A stretch of DNA of 64,000 nucleotides from a bacterium (GCA_004563405.1 SFTH01000003.1:41194-105193), one strand, 5' to 3'; shown: positions 35,997-45,981, numbered from the stretch's first letter. Made by a program: numbers and translations. Notes: a model not told the origin generated them from the letters alone.

Positions 35997-38120
35997 TCAG
36001 AGCAGCGGATCCATGCCGAGCACGGGATGGCCCTTCTCGGTCAGGAAGTTCAGGAGTTCCTCGCCGTCGGTGGTGATGGTCTCGTCGGCGATCATGTCGG
36101 AGAAGTTTTCCACGCCGTAGAGTTCGAAGGCGGCCTTGTTGAGCCTGGGCGCAACGTCGTCCTTCAGCTCCTTGGGCATCCAGACGATGCGCTCGATGCC
36201 GCCCTCAGCCTTGGCAAACTTCTTGCTGGCGATGAAGTGGCGGCCGTGGCCCATGAAGCCCGGAGTCTGCACGCCGCCGCCGGTCATGGAGGCCAGTTCG
36301 CCGAAGGTCATGCCCGTGGGGGTCATGCCGGCGTACTCGCGGTTGCAGATGATGAAGCCGTTGGACATGGGCTCGATGCCGCAGATGCACTCGAAGCAGC
36401 CGCAGCTGGTCATGGGATCCTCCAGGATGGAGTAGAGGGTCACAGTCTCCACCGCGCCCTGAGTGGCGGAGGCGACGGCCTCGTTGACGGTCTCATACGC
36501 GCCGGTGCGCTCGTCGGTGCAGCCGGTCTTGGCGATGGGACGGCAGGGTCCGGTGGGATTGAGCTGGTTGGTGGCCTTGGCGTCCAGCCAGGACACCGCG
36601 CCGCACAGGCCCAGGCGCTCCGGGGTGACCACGCAGCAGTGGGCGGGGGCGAAGCTCTGGCAGAGCGTGCAGGTGTAGAAGGTGTCCACGGATTCGTCGG
36701 TCATGGTGGCAAGGCGGTCATCGCGCTCGTTGTAGCGCGGCATGGCCTCCTCCTTTAGGATGCGCTCGGCCTCGGCGGGATCGGTGACCAGCGTGATCTG
36801 GCAGCGATCTACGACCGCGTCGAACTCGTCCATGATCATCGTGTAGAGCACCTCGCCGAAGTGGGTCAGGCGCAGACCCTTCTCATAGGCCTCCTTGCTC
36901 ACGCGGATGCGGAACTGGTTGCGCTGGCCGGTGTGCATCACGCCCTCCATGTAGTTGAACCAGCTGTGGATGTGGCGCTCGATGACGGATTCAAAGTCCT
37001 TCTGCATCTTGGCGCCCGCGACCTCGATGTAGGTGGCCAGCGGGTAGTTGCCCTCGGCCGGTTCGGGGCCGGCGATGGTGATCTTATGATCCTCGATCTC
37101 GTCCATGCCGCGCATGGAAACCAGCTCGCAGGTCACGTTCTTGCCGCTGTAGAACTCCACCTGGACGTCCTTCTTGCGGATGATCTCGCCCTCAAAGGCG
37201 GAGGCGAAGGCGACCGGAATGGGCAGCTCCTTGACCTTGATCTTGATGCCGCGCAGCTCCAGGGATTTCTTCACGGTCAGGCTGTGGTCGGTGGAGACCT
37301 CCAGCGCGCCGGGAATGGCCAGATCGCCGATGTCCTGATCCACGATGACCGGGAAGCCCAGGGCGATGGCGCCCGCGCCGGCGGAGACCACGACCTTGTT
37401 CAGCGCCCCGAAGGTGTTTACAAAGGCAGGAACGCGCTCCTTGGTGTACTTGAGCAGAGCCGACAGGTCGCCCGCGGCCACGCCGCCGAAGATCAGCGCC
37501 GCGCGGATGGCGACGGTGACGACGTGGATGACAGCCGTCACGTCATGGCCCAGCGGCACCACGCGGAACTCCAGACCCATCTTCACGCCGCCCTCGACCG
37601 CCTGGTCGATCACGTCGCCCACCAGGAAGGTCAAAAGGCCCTTGGACTGATAGTCCTTGACGACGTTGCACACGTCGGCGGGATTCTCCGCCTTGCCCAG
37701 AACGACAGCGACGCCGGGAATGTCGCCGGTGACCAGCGGCACGCCCAGGGAGCGGATGACCGGATCGGGAACAAAGCCGATGCCGCCCTCGTTCTCATAG
37801 GGGTTCGCGCCACCCGCAAATTTCAGGCCCTCGATGATCTCCGCGCCCACGGCGGTGGCCAGGCCCGCGTTCAGCGCGTCGCCCAGCTCCGGCTTGTTGG
37901 AAATCAGGCTCTTGAGCACGCCCACGCAGGCGGGAAGGTCGCCCAGCTTGGTTACCTTCACGCCGGTGGCGGCGTAGATGGTCGGGAAGAAATAGGCGGT
38001 ATCCGGGAAAGCGATGGGGGCGTCTGCACCGTACTTGGCGATGGCGTCGTTGACTGCGCCTTCGGTGAGTCCGGCGACTGCGTTGGAACCGGCGAAAATC
38101 AGATCGGTTAAAGCGCTCAT
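35997..38120 (-). CDS. acsB: Acetyl-CoA synthase (CO-methylating, A-cluster subunit AcsB/CdhC type)
   Basis: 707 aa. CTLCQSFAPAHCCVVTPERLGLCG gives the four [4Fe-4S] cysteines with canonical spacing, and SCGCFEC gives the Cys-Gly-Cys Ni site. Start at MSALTD with an AAGGAGA RBS. Confidence 0.85.
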   Translation of the reverse strand: MSALTDLIFAGSNAVAGLTEGAVNDAIAKYGADAPIAFPDTAYFFPTIYAATGVKVTKLGDLPACVGVLKSLISNKPELGDALNAGLATAVGAEIIEGLKFAGGANPYENEGGIGFVPDPVIRSLGVPLVTGDIPGVAVVLGKAENPADVCNVVKDYQSKGLLTFLVGDVIDQAVEGGVKMGLEFRVVPLGHDVTAVIHVVTVAIRAALIFGGVAAGDLSALLKYTKERVPAFVNTFGALNKVVVSAGAGAIALGFPVIVDQDIGDLAIPGALEVSTDHSLTVKKSLELRGIKIKVKELPIPVAFASAFEGEIIRKKDVQVEFYSGKNVTCELVSMRGMDEIEDHKITIAGPEPAEGNYPLATYIEVAGAKMQKDFESVIERHIHSWFNYMEGVMHTGQRNQFRIRVSKEAYEKGLRLTHFGEVLYTMIMDEFDAVVDRCQITLVTDPAEAERILKEEAMPRYNERDDRLATMTDESVDTFYTCTLCQSFAPAHCCVVTPERLGLCGAVSWLDAKATNQLNPTGPCRPIAKTGCTDERTGAYETVNEAVASATQGAVETVTLYSILEDPMTSCGCFECICGIEPMSNGFIICNREYAGMTPTGMTFGELASMTGGGVQTPGFMGHGRHFIASKKFAKAEGGIERIVWMPKELKDDVAPRLNKAAFELYGVENFSDMIADETITTDGEELLNFLTEKGHPVLGMDPLL

Positions 38121-38196
38121 TCTCATTATCTCCTTCGCATTGCAAATTGAACTCTGGATTGAAGTATCCCCCTCCGGGGCATATTTCACATTTAAC

Positions 38197-38225
38197 ATTA
38201 TATTCCAATTGTGGCGAAATTTCAA
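38197..38225 (-). promoter_or_regulatory. Candidate sigma-A promoter of acsB (TTGAAA-17-TATAAT)
   Basis: The minus strand reads TTGAAA at 38225-38220 and TATAAT at 38202-38197 with an exact 17-nt spacer, about 75 nt upstream of the start. Confidence 0.55.
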
Positions 38226-38585
38226 GGCCTGAATCGCCCATAAATGCACAAATGGACGCATTTTATGCTTTTTTTCGCGGCAACGCCAACGCAATGCGCG
38301 GGCGGGAGAGGCGATGCGGTCGGGGCTCCCGCGCCCGCGCAAGCCCGGAGTGGATGGTGATTATGCGGAGGCGCGACCTTCTGCTGTGCTGCGGGCCGAG
38401 GCAGCGCCCTGCGAACCTCCAACGGGAAACGTCGTAGGAGGGGCGAGCGCTTCCGGGTCCGTGCGTCCTCCCGGAAGAAAATGGTCAAAGCGCAACAAAA
38501 AGTTCTTTCGCTTGTCAAAATCCGGGCGCGCAGACGTGATATAATGAGAAACGGCGTTTGCCAATCCCGAATGACGAGGTAAGCC

Positions 38586-39755
38586 ATGAACAGACAGGAT
38601 ATTTCAGAAATTCGCCGCAGGCTCAATCCCGATAAAAACAGCATTGACTGCATCCGCGGCTGCTATGTGGATGAAAAGGGAGACATCATCTCTGCGTTCA
38701 GCCACTCACTTTTGACGCTGCCCCAGGAGGAGGCGGAGAAGTATCTTGCGATCTTCCGGCGCGCGCTCTCCGGGCTGCCGGGCAGAAACCTAGTGGAGAT
38801 TCCCTTCCGCCCCGATCAGGTGATGGACGGGGAGGAGCACCGCCTGTTGACTGCGCTCAACAGGACCGCTCTGAAGGTAGATCAGGCGGTGGAGAGGTTC
38901 TTTCAGAAGATCATCGACGCGCTGGAGCTGGAGGGAAACTATCTCATTCTCCTGATGCACGACGCGTACGACGTGCCCTTCCGCGCGAAGGACGAATTCA
39001 AGGTGGACGACGCCTCGGAGGAGGTGTTTCAGTACATCGTCTGCGCGGTCTGTCCGGTGAAGCAGACGCGTCCGGCGTTGTGCTACTGTGCCGAGGATCG
39101 CGGCTTCCACGACCGGGATCTGGACTGGGTCGTCTCCGTGCCGGAGCTGGGGTTCATGTTCCCTGCCTATGAGGATCGCGCCGCAAACATCTACAGCGCC
39201 CTGTACTTCACCCGGGATGCGGCAGAGAGCCACGATGAGTTCGTGGACGCCGTCTTCGGCAGCAGCGCGCCCATGCCCGCGGCCGCCCAGAAGGAGGCCT
39301 TTGAGGCGCTTCTGGGGGACGCGCTGGAGGAGGATTGCAGCCTCGAGGTGGTGCAGACCGTGCACGAACAGCTCCGGGATCGGATTGAGGAGCGCAAGGG
39401 AGACCGCACCGCAGAACCGGCCACCGTCTCCAAGCGGGAGGTCAGATCCATACTGGAGTCCTGCGGCGTATCCGACGCGCACGTTGCCGCCTTCGAAGAG
39501 AAGTACGACGAGGAATTTGGCCCGGCGGTGGATCTCTCCGCCCAGAACATCGTGAATGTGAAGCAGTTTGAGCTGCGCACGCCGGACGTGATGATCCGCG
39601 TGAATCCCGAGCGCAGCGATCTGGTGCAGACCCGCATGATCGATGGCTCCCGCTACATCCTGATCCGTGCCGACGAGGGAGTGGAGGTCAACGGCGTGAA
39701 CATCTCCATTGGCGACCTCGGCGAGGATATTTCCGAAGACGCAGCGCCATTCTGA
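38586..39755 (+). CDS. Hypothetical protein, possibly DUF4317 family
   Basis: 389-aa soluble protein with a GAGGT RBS. The family name is recalled from similar Clostridia proteins and is not verified. Confidence 0.55.
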   Translation: MNRQDISEIRRRLNPDKNSIDCIRGCYVDEKGDIISAFSHSLLTLPQEEAEKYLAIFRRALSGLPGRNLVEIPFRPDQVMDGEEHRLLTALNRTALKVDQAVERFFQKIIDALELEGNYLILLMHDAYDVPFRAKDEFKVDDASEEVFQYIVCAVCPVKQTRPALCYCAEDRGFHDRDLDWVVSVPELGFMFPAYEDRAANIYSALYFTRDAAESHDEFVDAVFGSSAPMPAAAQKEAFEALLGDALEEDCSLEVVQTVHEQLRDRIEERKGDRTAEPATVSKREVRSILESCGVSDAHVAAFEEKYDEEFGPAVDLSAQNIVNVKQFELRTPDVMIRVNPERSDLVQTRMIDGSRYILIRADEGVEVNGVNISIGDLGEDISEDAAPF

Positions 39756-39814
39756 GGCGAACCGGTGCAAGAATCCAAAGCGCCCAGGGGCAACGGACGC
39801 CTTGGGCTCTGCGA

Positions 39815-39855
39815 CAACCGCACCCGCACCCATCAGACGGGCGCGGGTGCGGTTG
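39815..39855 (+). terminator. Perfect 13-bp hairpin after the DUF4317-like gene
   Basis: CAACCGCACCCGC ... GCGGGTGCGGTTG. Poor U-run. Confidence 0.4.
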
Positions 39856-40009
39856 CACATTTCCATATGCTGAAATTGACTCGAGGCGCAAAGCGCGCGC
39901 AGTGGAGACGGAATCCGTCTTTGGGCTGTGCGCGCTTTGCATTGAAACCGATAGCTCCTTCTGCGAGGGGGGAGAAGTGCCGGGAGGCGGGCTGCCGCCC
40001 GACGCAGCT

Positions 40010-41014
40010 TCACTTGGTGATGGTGCCGTCCAGATCCCAGAGATCCTCCCAGTGGGTCGCGCCCGGCCACAGGAACACCTGGCCCTTGACCAGGCGGCAG
40101 TTGCGGTCCAGCGTGGACATGACCTTCATCTCCGCATCGCTCAGGGGATCGGCGGTGACGCAGGCGAGATTGCTGACGTAATTCTTTTCCTTGACGGAGA
40201 ACGGGATCACAATCTGGCCGCGCTGTACGCCCCACTTGAGGCATACGGCGGAGGGATGAATGCCGTGGGCCTGGGCAATCTGCACGACCTCGGGCATCTC
40301 CATATCCGCCACGTCGTCGGGCGTGCGGTCGCGCTCGGGGCGCTTGGGGGAGCCGAGGGGGCAGAAGCCGATCACCTGAATGCCCCGCTGCATGCAGTAA
40401 TCGAAGAGCTCCTGCTGCTGGAAACTGGGATGCAGCTCCATTTCGATCATCGCCGGTTGGATGCGGCAGAGCGGCAGCACGGCCTCCAGCTTCGGAATGG
40501 TCATGTTCGACATGCCGATGCGCTTGGTCAGCCCCATATCCACCAGGCGCTCCAGCTGACGCCAGGTCGCCATGAAGCGCTCCACGGTGAAGGGCTTGGA
40601 GTCGGGATTGCGGCTGTCGCCGTCGCAGCCCGGCGCATGGTAGTTCGGGAAGGGCCAGTGCAGGAAGTAGATGTCAAGGCAGTCCAGGTTCAGATCCTTC
40701 AGCGTCCTGGCGCAGGAGAGCAGGACGTCGCCCCTGCCGTGCATGTCGTTCCAGACCTTGGAAGTGATGAACATTTCATCACGGGTGACGACGCCCTCCT
40801 CAAAGAGGCGGGTAAAGACTTCGCCGATTTCGGCTTCGTTTCCGTAGACGCTTGCGCAGTCGATGAAGCGGTAGCCGTTGCGGATGGCGCCCTCGACTGC
40901 GGCGCTTACGACGTCGCTCGTGTAGTTGTCAGAGGCGAACGTGCCGATTCCAACGGCGGGAACGAGCGCGCCGTCGGCCAGACGGACCTTTGGCACCAGA
41001 TTCGGATCAACCAT
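40010..41014 (-). CDS. Aldo/keto reductase
   Basis: VPAVGIGTF, RFIDCASVYGNE and LDIYFLHWP motifs. Start at MVDPNL with an AAGGAG RBS. Confidence 0.85.
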   Translation of the reverse strand: MVDPNLVPKVRLADGALVPAVGIGTFASDNYTSDVVSAAVEGAIRNGYRFIDCASVYGNEAEIGEVFTRLFEEGVVTRDEMFITSKVWNDMHGRGDVLLSCARTLKDLNLDCLDIYFLHWPFPNYHAPGCDGDSRNPDSKPFTVERFMATWRQLERLVDMGLTKRIGMSNMTIPKLEAVLPLCRIQPAMIEMELHPSFQQQELFDYCMQRGIQVIGFCPLGSPKRPERDRTPDDVADMEMPEVVQIAQAHGIHPSAVCLKWGVQRGQIVIPFSVKEKNYVSNLACVTADPLSDAEMKVMSTLDRNCRLVKGQVFLWPGATHWEDLWDLDGTITK

Positions 41015-41082
41015 GGTGAACAGCTCCTTTATGCAATAATTGTCTTCGGATTCGTTCCACAGATCGGATTCCGATACAGAAG

Positions 41083-41109
41083 AACGGCTGCGCAATCAGC
41101 GCAGCCGTT
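41083..41109 (-). terminator. Hairpin downstream of the sugar-binding protein gene
   Basis: AACGGCTGCGC/GCGCAGCCGTT 11-bp stem, followed on the minus strand by a T-rich CTTCTGTAT. Confidence 0.45.
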
Positions 41110-41178
41110 TGAAAATCGACGCGGACGTCCGCGGTGTACCTCGTTATCCGCGCTCAAACTGTACCGTCTCGTCAGAGA

Positions 41179-42219
41179 TTAGTTGTACAGGTTGACGGCG
41201 ATATCCTCGTCGTTCATGTTCTCAGCGGTGTACCACTGGCAGCCGGTGTCAACGTCGGCAACGGTTTCACCGTTGGCAGCGGCAACGCACAGCTCGACGA
41301 CGGCAGCGCCCATCGCGAAGGGAGCCTGAGTGATCGCGCCCAGCATCACGCCATCAGCAACAGCAGCCTTGATCACAGCGCCGGAGTCGAAGCCAGCAGC
41401 GATGACGTCGGTCTCGCCGGTGCCGCAAACCTGCAGGTTCTCGTTGGCGGAGATGATCGCCTCAGCAGAGTGCTGGTTGGAGCCGTAGATGGCGATGGTG
41501 TCTTCCTTGGACAGCAGGGTGTTGCAGTCGATCAGGGACAGCTCGGAGGTAACCTGAGCGGGAACCAGGGTCTCGATGACGACCTTCGCGGCATCGTCGG
41601 AGGTGCAGGTGGCATGCTCGCAGTAGAAGGTGTCGCCTTCCAGCTTCACGGAGCCGCACAGCTCGGCCATCTTGTCGATGAAGCCCAGGCCGCGCAGGGT
41701 CACGGACTCGGAAACGTTGTCCTGAGCGGACACGCCGATGCGGACGGTGCCTTCAGCAGCCTCGATGCGGCCAGCGATGGCTTCGTAGACCTTCTCAGCG
41801 GCCATGGCGCCAGCGGCGTAGTTGTCGGTGGCAGCATTGGCCAGGATGGAGCCTTCGGGAGCGCCCGGAACACCGGAGTCGAAGCCGATGATCGGGATGC
41901 CCTTGCTCTGAGCGTCAGCGATGGCGTCCAGGCAGGTCTCGGTGGACAGAGCGGCGAGGCCGATGGCGGACGGAGCGGCGTCGATGGCAGCCTTCAGCTG
42001 CTCCAGCTGCTCAGCATACTCGGACTCAGAAGCGGGGCCAACAAAGTTGACGGTCACGCCCAGTTCCTCAGCCTTGGCTTCGGCGCCCTTCTTAACGGCC
42101 TGCCAATACTCATGCTGGAAGCCCTTGGAAACGATTTCGATGTGCTCGCCTTCGGCGAAAGCAGCGGTCATGCCGACGACCATCAGCATAGCGAGTACGA
42201 GAGCCAGGATCTTCTTCAT
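41179..42219 (-). CDS. Sugar ABC transporter substrate-binding protein (ribose/PBP1 type)
   Basis: Signal peptide MKKILALVLAMLMVVGMTAAFA. Periplasmic-binding fold pattern. Adjacent to the permeases. Confidence 0.8.
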   Translation of the reverse strand: MKKILALVLAMLMVVGMTAAFAEGEHIEIVSKGFQHEYWQAVKKGAEAKAEELGVTVNFVGPASESEYAEQLEQLKAAIDAAPSAIGLAALSTETCLDAIADAQSKGIPIIGFDSGVPGAPEGSILANAATDNYAAGAMAAEKVYEAIAGRIEAAEGTVRIGVSAQDNVSESVTLRGLGFIDKMAELCGSVKLEGDTFYCEHATCTSDDAAKVVIETLVPAQVTSELSLIDCNTLLSKEDTIAIYGSNQHSAEAIISANENLQVCGTGETDVIAAGFDSGAVIKAAVADGVMLGAITQAPFAMGAAVVELCVAAANGETVADVDTGCQWYTAENMNDEDIAVNLYN

Positions 42220-42370
42220 TGAGAGTTCCTCCTTGAAAAGTGATTTATGTTTACCGCGCCTTGCGGTAATCATTGTTTGGGTACGGTTAATATTATACGC
42301 GCAATCCTGTTTCGAGTCAACTATTTTTAGCGGGAAAACGTGCAAATCATCAACCGAATGTGTAACAAAA

Positions 42371-43372
42371 TTACGATTTCTTGCGGTTCTTGATAACGTC
42401 GAACCAGATGGCCGCGATCAGGATCACGCCGGTGATGACGTGCTGCCAGTCGCCGGTGAGGCCGATCTTCGGCAGGCCGTTTTTCAGAAGCGCCAGGATC
42501 AGAACGCCGATCATCGAACCGATGATGCTGCCCGAGCCGCCTGTCATGGACGTGCCGCCGATGATTGCGCCGCCGATGGCGTCCAGTTCAAGGCCCAGAC
42601 CGGACGAAGCCGTGATGGAGGAGGCGTTGCTCGCGGCAAAGGCGATGCCTGCAATGCCCGCGAACAGGCCGGAGATGACGTAGGCCAGCATCTGATACTT
42701 CACGACGTTCACGCCGGAGAGGCGCGCGGCCTCCTTATTGGAGCCGATGGCGATGATGTAGCGGCCCACGCGGGTCTTGTTCAGGATGATGGACATGATG
42801 ATGATGGCGACCAGCACAACGATCAGACCGGTGGGTATGGGCGTTTTTTTGCCGAGGGCATTGGGCATCATGTACTTGAAGATGTTACGGAACCAGCCCT
42901 CCTCAGAGGCGCGGGCTGGCCAGGAGATGGACGCGCCGCCGCAGGCGACCGAGCTGAGACCACGGGTGATGAGCATGGTGCACAGGGTCGCGATGAAGGC
43001 GGGCAGGTTCATGATGGAGACCATCACGCCGTTGAGTGCGCCGAACAGCAGACCCAGTATGAGGGCGACGATCATGCCGACCCAGACCGGGCAGCCGAAG
43101 TCCTTGACCAGCATGCCGGCGATCATGGCGTAGCAGACCATGCCGGTACCGACGGACAGGTCGTTGCCGCCGGAGATCAGGCAGAAGGTGACGCCGATGG
43201 ACATGAACGCGAAGTAATAGAAGGAGTCAAGCAGCGTGACTATGGTCGTATACTGACGGAATTCCTTGCTCGCGATGCTGAATACCGCAGCCAGCACGAT
43301 TGCGACAGCCAGAACAACGATTCGCTGAAGATCAAACTTGCGGGTGCGCCCGCTCTTATTTAATGTTTGCAT
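42371..43372 (-). CDS. Sugar ABC transporter permease (RbsC/AraH type)
   Basis: Polytopic. Family-typical GGTSMTGGSGSIIG segment. AGGAGG RBS. Confidence 0.85.
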   Translation of the reverse strand: MQTLNKSGRTRKFDLQRIVVLAVAIVLAAVFSIASKEFRQYTTIVTLLDSFYYFAFMSIGVTFCLISGGNDLSVGTGMVCYAMIAGMLVKDFGCPVWVGMIVALILGLLFGALNGVMVSIMNLPAFIATLCTMLITRGLSSVACGGASISWPARASEEGWFRNIFKYMMPNALGKKTPIPTGLIVVLVAIIIMSIILNKTRVGRYIIAIGSNKEAARLSGVNVVKYQMLAYVISGLFAGIAGIAFAASNASSITASSGLGLELDAIGGAIIGGTSMTGGSGSIIGSMIGVLILALLKNGLPKIGLTGDWQHVITGVILIAAIWFDVIKNRKKS

Positions 43373-43398
43373 ATTCTGTCCTCCTGTTCCTCTAGTTG

Positions 43399-44361
43399 TC
43401 ACTTTTTGCGTGCGCGGCTGCGAATGTCCGCGAATACGCACAGCGCCACGATGACGCCGGTGATGATGTACTGCCAGTCGGGGCTGAACTTCATGGCGGT
43501 GATGCCGACGCGCAGCATGGAGATGATGAAGATGCCGATCAGGCTGCCGGCGATGGAGGCCGTGCCGCCCGCCATGGACGTGCCGCCCATGACGCAGGCC
43601 GCGATGGCGTTGTTGTTGAACACGTCGCCCTGACCGGCCGCGAACTTGGTGATCGCGCCCGCGTACATGATGGCGGCGACGCCGGCCAGCAGGCCGCAGA
43701 AGACATAGGCCAGCGCCTCCCACTTGCGGGTGTCCACGCCGGAGAGGCGAACCGCCTCGCGGTTGGAGCCGATGCAGAGGATGTAGCGGCCGATGCGGGT
43801 CTTGTTCAGCACGATGGAGCAGACGATGGCGGTGACCAGAAGAATGATCAGGCCGACCGGAACGCCGTTGCTCGTTACCAGATTGCGGTACCAGTCGTTT
43901 TCAGCGCCGCTGGAGGGCCAGCTGACGCCGGCGGAGTTGGTCGCCAACAGGCCGATGCCCTTGGCGATGCGCATGGAAGCCATGGAGGAGATGAAGGAGG
44001 GGAGCTTCATGTAGGCGACCATTACGCCGTTGGCAATGCCGAAGGCGAGGCCGACCAGAATGGTGATGAGCAGCGCCGTCCACAGCGGCCAGCCGTGAAC
44101 CACAAGGAGCTGTCCACCGACCAGGCCCGAGCAGAACATCACCGGGCCGATGGAGAAGTCGATGCCGCCGGTGGCGATGACGAAGGTGACGCCCAGCGCC
44201 AGGAAGCCCATGAAGTCCACCGTGTTGAGTACGTTGCCCATGTCCAGAGGACGGCCGCTGACCACGGAGAACAGGAAGTACAATAGAACCATGATTACAA
44301 CCAGCACGATGCGGTTGAATCCCAATTTCTTGACAATTGGTAAATTCTTGAATTTTTCCAT
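43399..44361 (-). CDS. Sugar ABC transporter permease (second subunit)
   Basis: Paralogous to the neighbouring permease (GGTSMAGGTASIAG). GGAGGG RBS. Confidence 0.85.
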   Translation of the reverse strand: MEKFKNLPIVKKLGFNRIVLVVIMVLLYFLFSVVSGRPLDMGNVLNTVDFMGFLALGVTFVIATGGIDFSIGPVMFCSGLVGGQLLVVHGWPLWTALLITILVGLAFGIANGVMVAYMKLPSFISSMASMRIAKGIGLLATNSAGVSWPSSGAENDWYRNLVTSNGVPVGLIILLVTAIVCSIVLNKTRIGRYILCIGSNREAVRLSGVDTRKWEALAYVFCGLLAGVAAIMYAGAITKFAAGQGDVFNNNAIAACVMGGTSMAGGTASIAGSLIGIFIISMLRVGITAMKFSPDWQYIITGVIVALCVFADIRSRARKK

Positions 44362-44374
44362 AATTACCCTCCTG

Positions 44375-45865
44375 TCAACGCAGCGTCGCGGCGTGCATAA
44401 TGTTTTCCTGGGTAGCGGCGGCAATGTCGATCTCAGCGGTCTTCTTGCCCTCGCACATGACCACGATGCGGTCGCTCATGCGCAGAATCTCCGTCATTTC
44501 GGAGGAGATCATGATGATGGATTTGCCCTGCGCGACCAGTTCGTTCATCAGATGGTAGATTTCGCTCTTCGCGCCGACGTCAATGCCGCGGGTGGGTTCG
44601 TCAAAGATCAGGATGTCGCAGTCCTTGACCAGCCACTTGGCCAGAACGACCTTCTGCTGGTTGCCGCCGGACAGGTTGACGACGAGCTGATCGGTGCTGG
44701 GCGTCTTTGTATTGAGGCGCTTGATGTAATCCTGCGTCGCGTTCTCTTCCTTCTTCTTGTCGATGAAGATGCCCTTGACGAAGTTCTTCAGGTGCGCCAT
44801 GGTGGAGTTTTCTGCCACGCTCTTGTCCACGACGATGCCGTAGCGCTTTCTGTCCTCGGACAGATAGCCGATGCCCAGCGCGACCGCGTCCTTCGGGCTC
44901 CTGATGTCGACCTTCTTGCCGTTGACGTAGATGTCGCCGCTCTCCTTGGGATCCGCGCCGAAGAGCGCGCGGGCGGTCTCGGTGCGTCCCGCGCCCATCA
45001 GGCCGGAGAAGCCCAGAATCTCGCCCTTGTGCAGCTCGAAGCTCACGTCCTGCACCATCTTGCCCGCGTTCAGGTGTTCCACCTTCAGAACCACGGGTGC
45101 GTCCGGCGCAACCATGCTCTGGGTCTTGGGATCCTCGTAGATCACGCGGCCCACCATCATGTTGATGATGTCGTCCTTGGTGCAGTCCTTGGTGATCAGC
45201 GTGCCGACGTAGCCGCCGTCGCGCATGACGGTGACGCGGTCGGTGATGACCTTGATCTCATCCATGCGGTGAGAGATGTAAACGATGCCCAGCTGCTGGT
45301 CGCGCAGGTCGCGGATGATCTTGAACAGCTCGTCGATCTCGGCCTCCGTCAGGGCGGCGGAGGGCTCGTCGAAGATGATGACCTTCGCCTTGTGGGAAAT
45401 GGCCTTGGCAATTTCGCACATCTGCTGCTTGCCGACGGTCAGATTGCCCATCTTCTCGGTGGGGTCGATGTTGATGCCCAGCTGATCAAAGAGCTTTTTG
45501 GATTCCGCGTTCATCTTGGCGTCGTCAATCATGGCGCCCTTCATGAACTCGCGGCCGATAAAGATGTTCTGCGCGACGGTGAGGTGGTTCATCATGTTCA
45601 ACTCCTGGTGAACGATGACGATGCCCGCCTCCTGCGCCTCCTTGGGGTTGTGGAACTCGACTTCCTTGCCTTCGTAGGTGATGGTTCCGGAATCCTTGGT
45701 GTAGATGCCCGTGAGCACCTTCATCAACGTGGATTTTCCGGCGCCGTTTTCTCCCATCAGGGCATGAACTTCGCCCTTGCGAACCTCAAGGTCGACGTGA
45801 TCGAGAGCGTGTACGCCGGGGAAGGACTTATCGATGCCCTTCATCGTCAGAATGGTTTCTCCCAT
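44375..45865 (-). CDS. Sugar ABC transporter ATP-binding protein (duplicated NBD)
   Basis: Walker A GENGAGKST and GLMGAGRTE. Signature LSGGNQQK. Confidence 0.9.
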   Translation of the reverse strand: MGETILTMKGIDKSFPGVHALDHVDLEVRKGEVHALMGENGAGKSTLMKVLTGIYTKDSGTITYEGKEVEFHNPKEAQEAGIVIVHQELNMMNHLTVAQNIFIGREFMKGAMIDDAKMNAESKKLFDQLGINIDPTEKMGNLTVGKQQMCEIAKAISHKAKVIIFDEPSAALTEAEIDELFKIIRDLRDQQLGIVYISHRMDEIKVITDRVTVMRDGGYVGTLITKDCTKDDIINMMVGRVIYEDPKTQSMVAPDAPVVLKVEHLNAGKMVQDVSFELHKGEILGFSGLMGAGRTETARALFGADPKESGDIYVNGKKVDIRSPKDAVALGIGYLSEDRKRYGIVVDKSVAENSTMAHLKNFVKGIFIDKKKEENATQDYIKRLNTKTPSTDQLVVNLSGGNQQKVVLAKWLVKDCDILIFDEPTRGIDVGAKSEIYHLMNELVAQGKSIIMISSEMTEILRMSDRIVVMCEGKKTAEIDIAAATQENIMHAATLR

Positions 45866-45952
45866 ACGGCTTACCTCTTTCAATATCTTTTCAGTTCGAC
45901 ACTTCCTGACAGCCGAAAGACCCATCACCAGTATTGTCAAACTATAACCATT

Positions 45953-45981
45953 ATTCTATCTGTTGTTCGAGTTTTTGTCAA
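45953..45981 (-). promoter_or_regulatory. Candidate sigma-A promoter of the sugar ABC operon (TTGACA-17-TAGAAT)
   Basis: The minus strand reads TTGACA at 45981-45976 and TAGAAT at 45958-45953, with a 17-nt spacer. Confidence 0.5.

Noticed and set aside
31491-38111. Plus-strand ORFs of 640, 514 and 416 aa (31491-33413, 34294-35838, 36861-38111) opposite the RACo, glycosidase and acsB genes.
   Set aside because: The translations are low-complexity (G/A/D/H/V-rich) mirror frames of strongly supported minus-strand genes.
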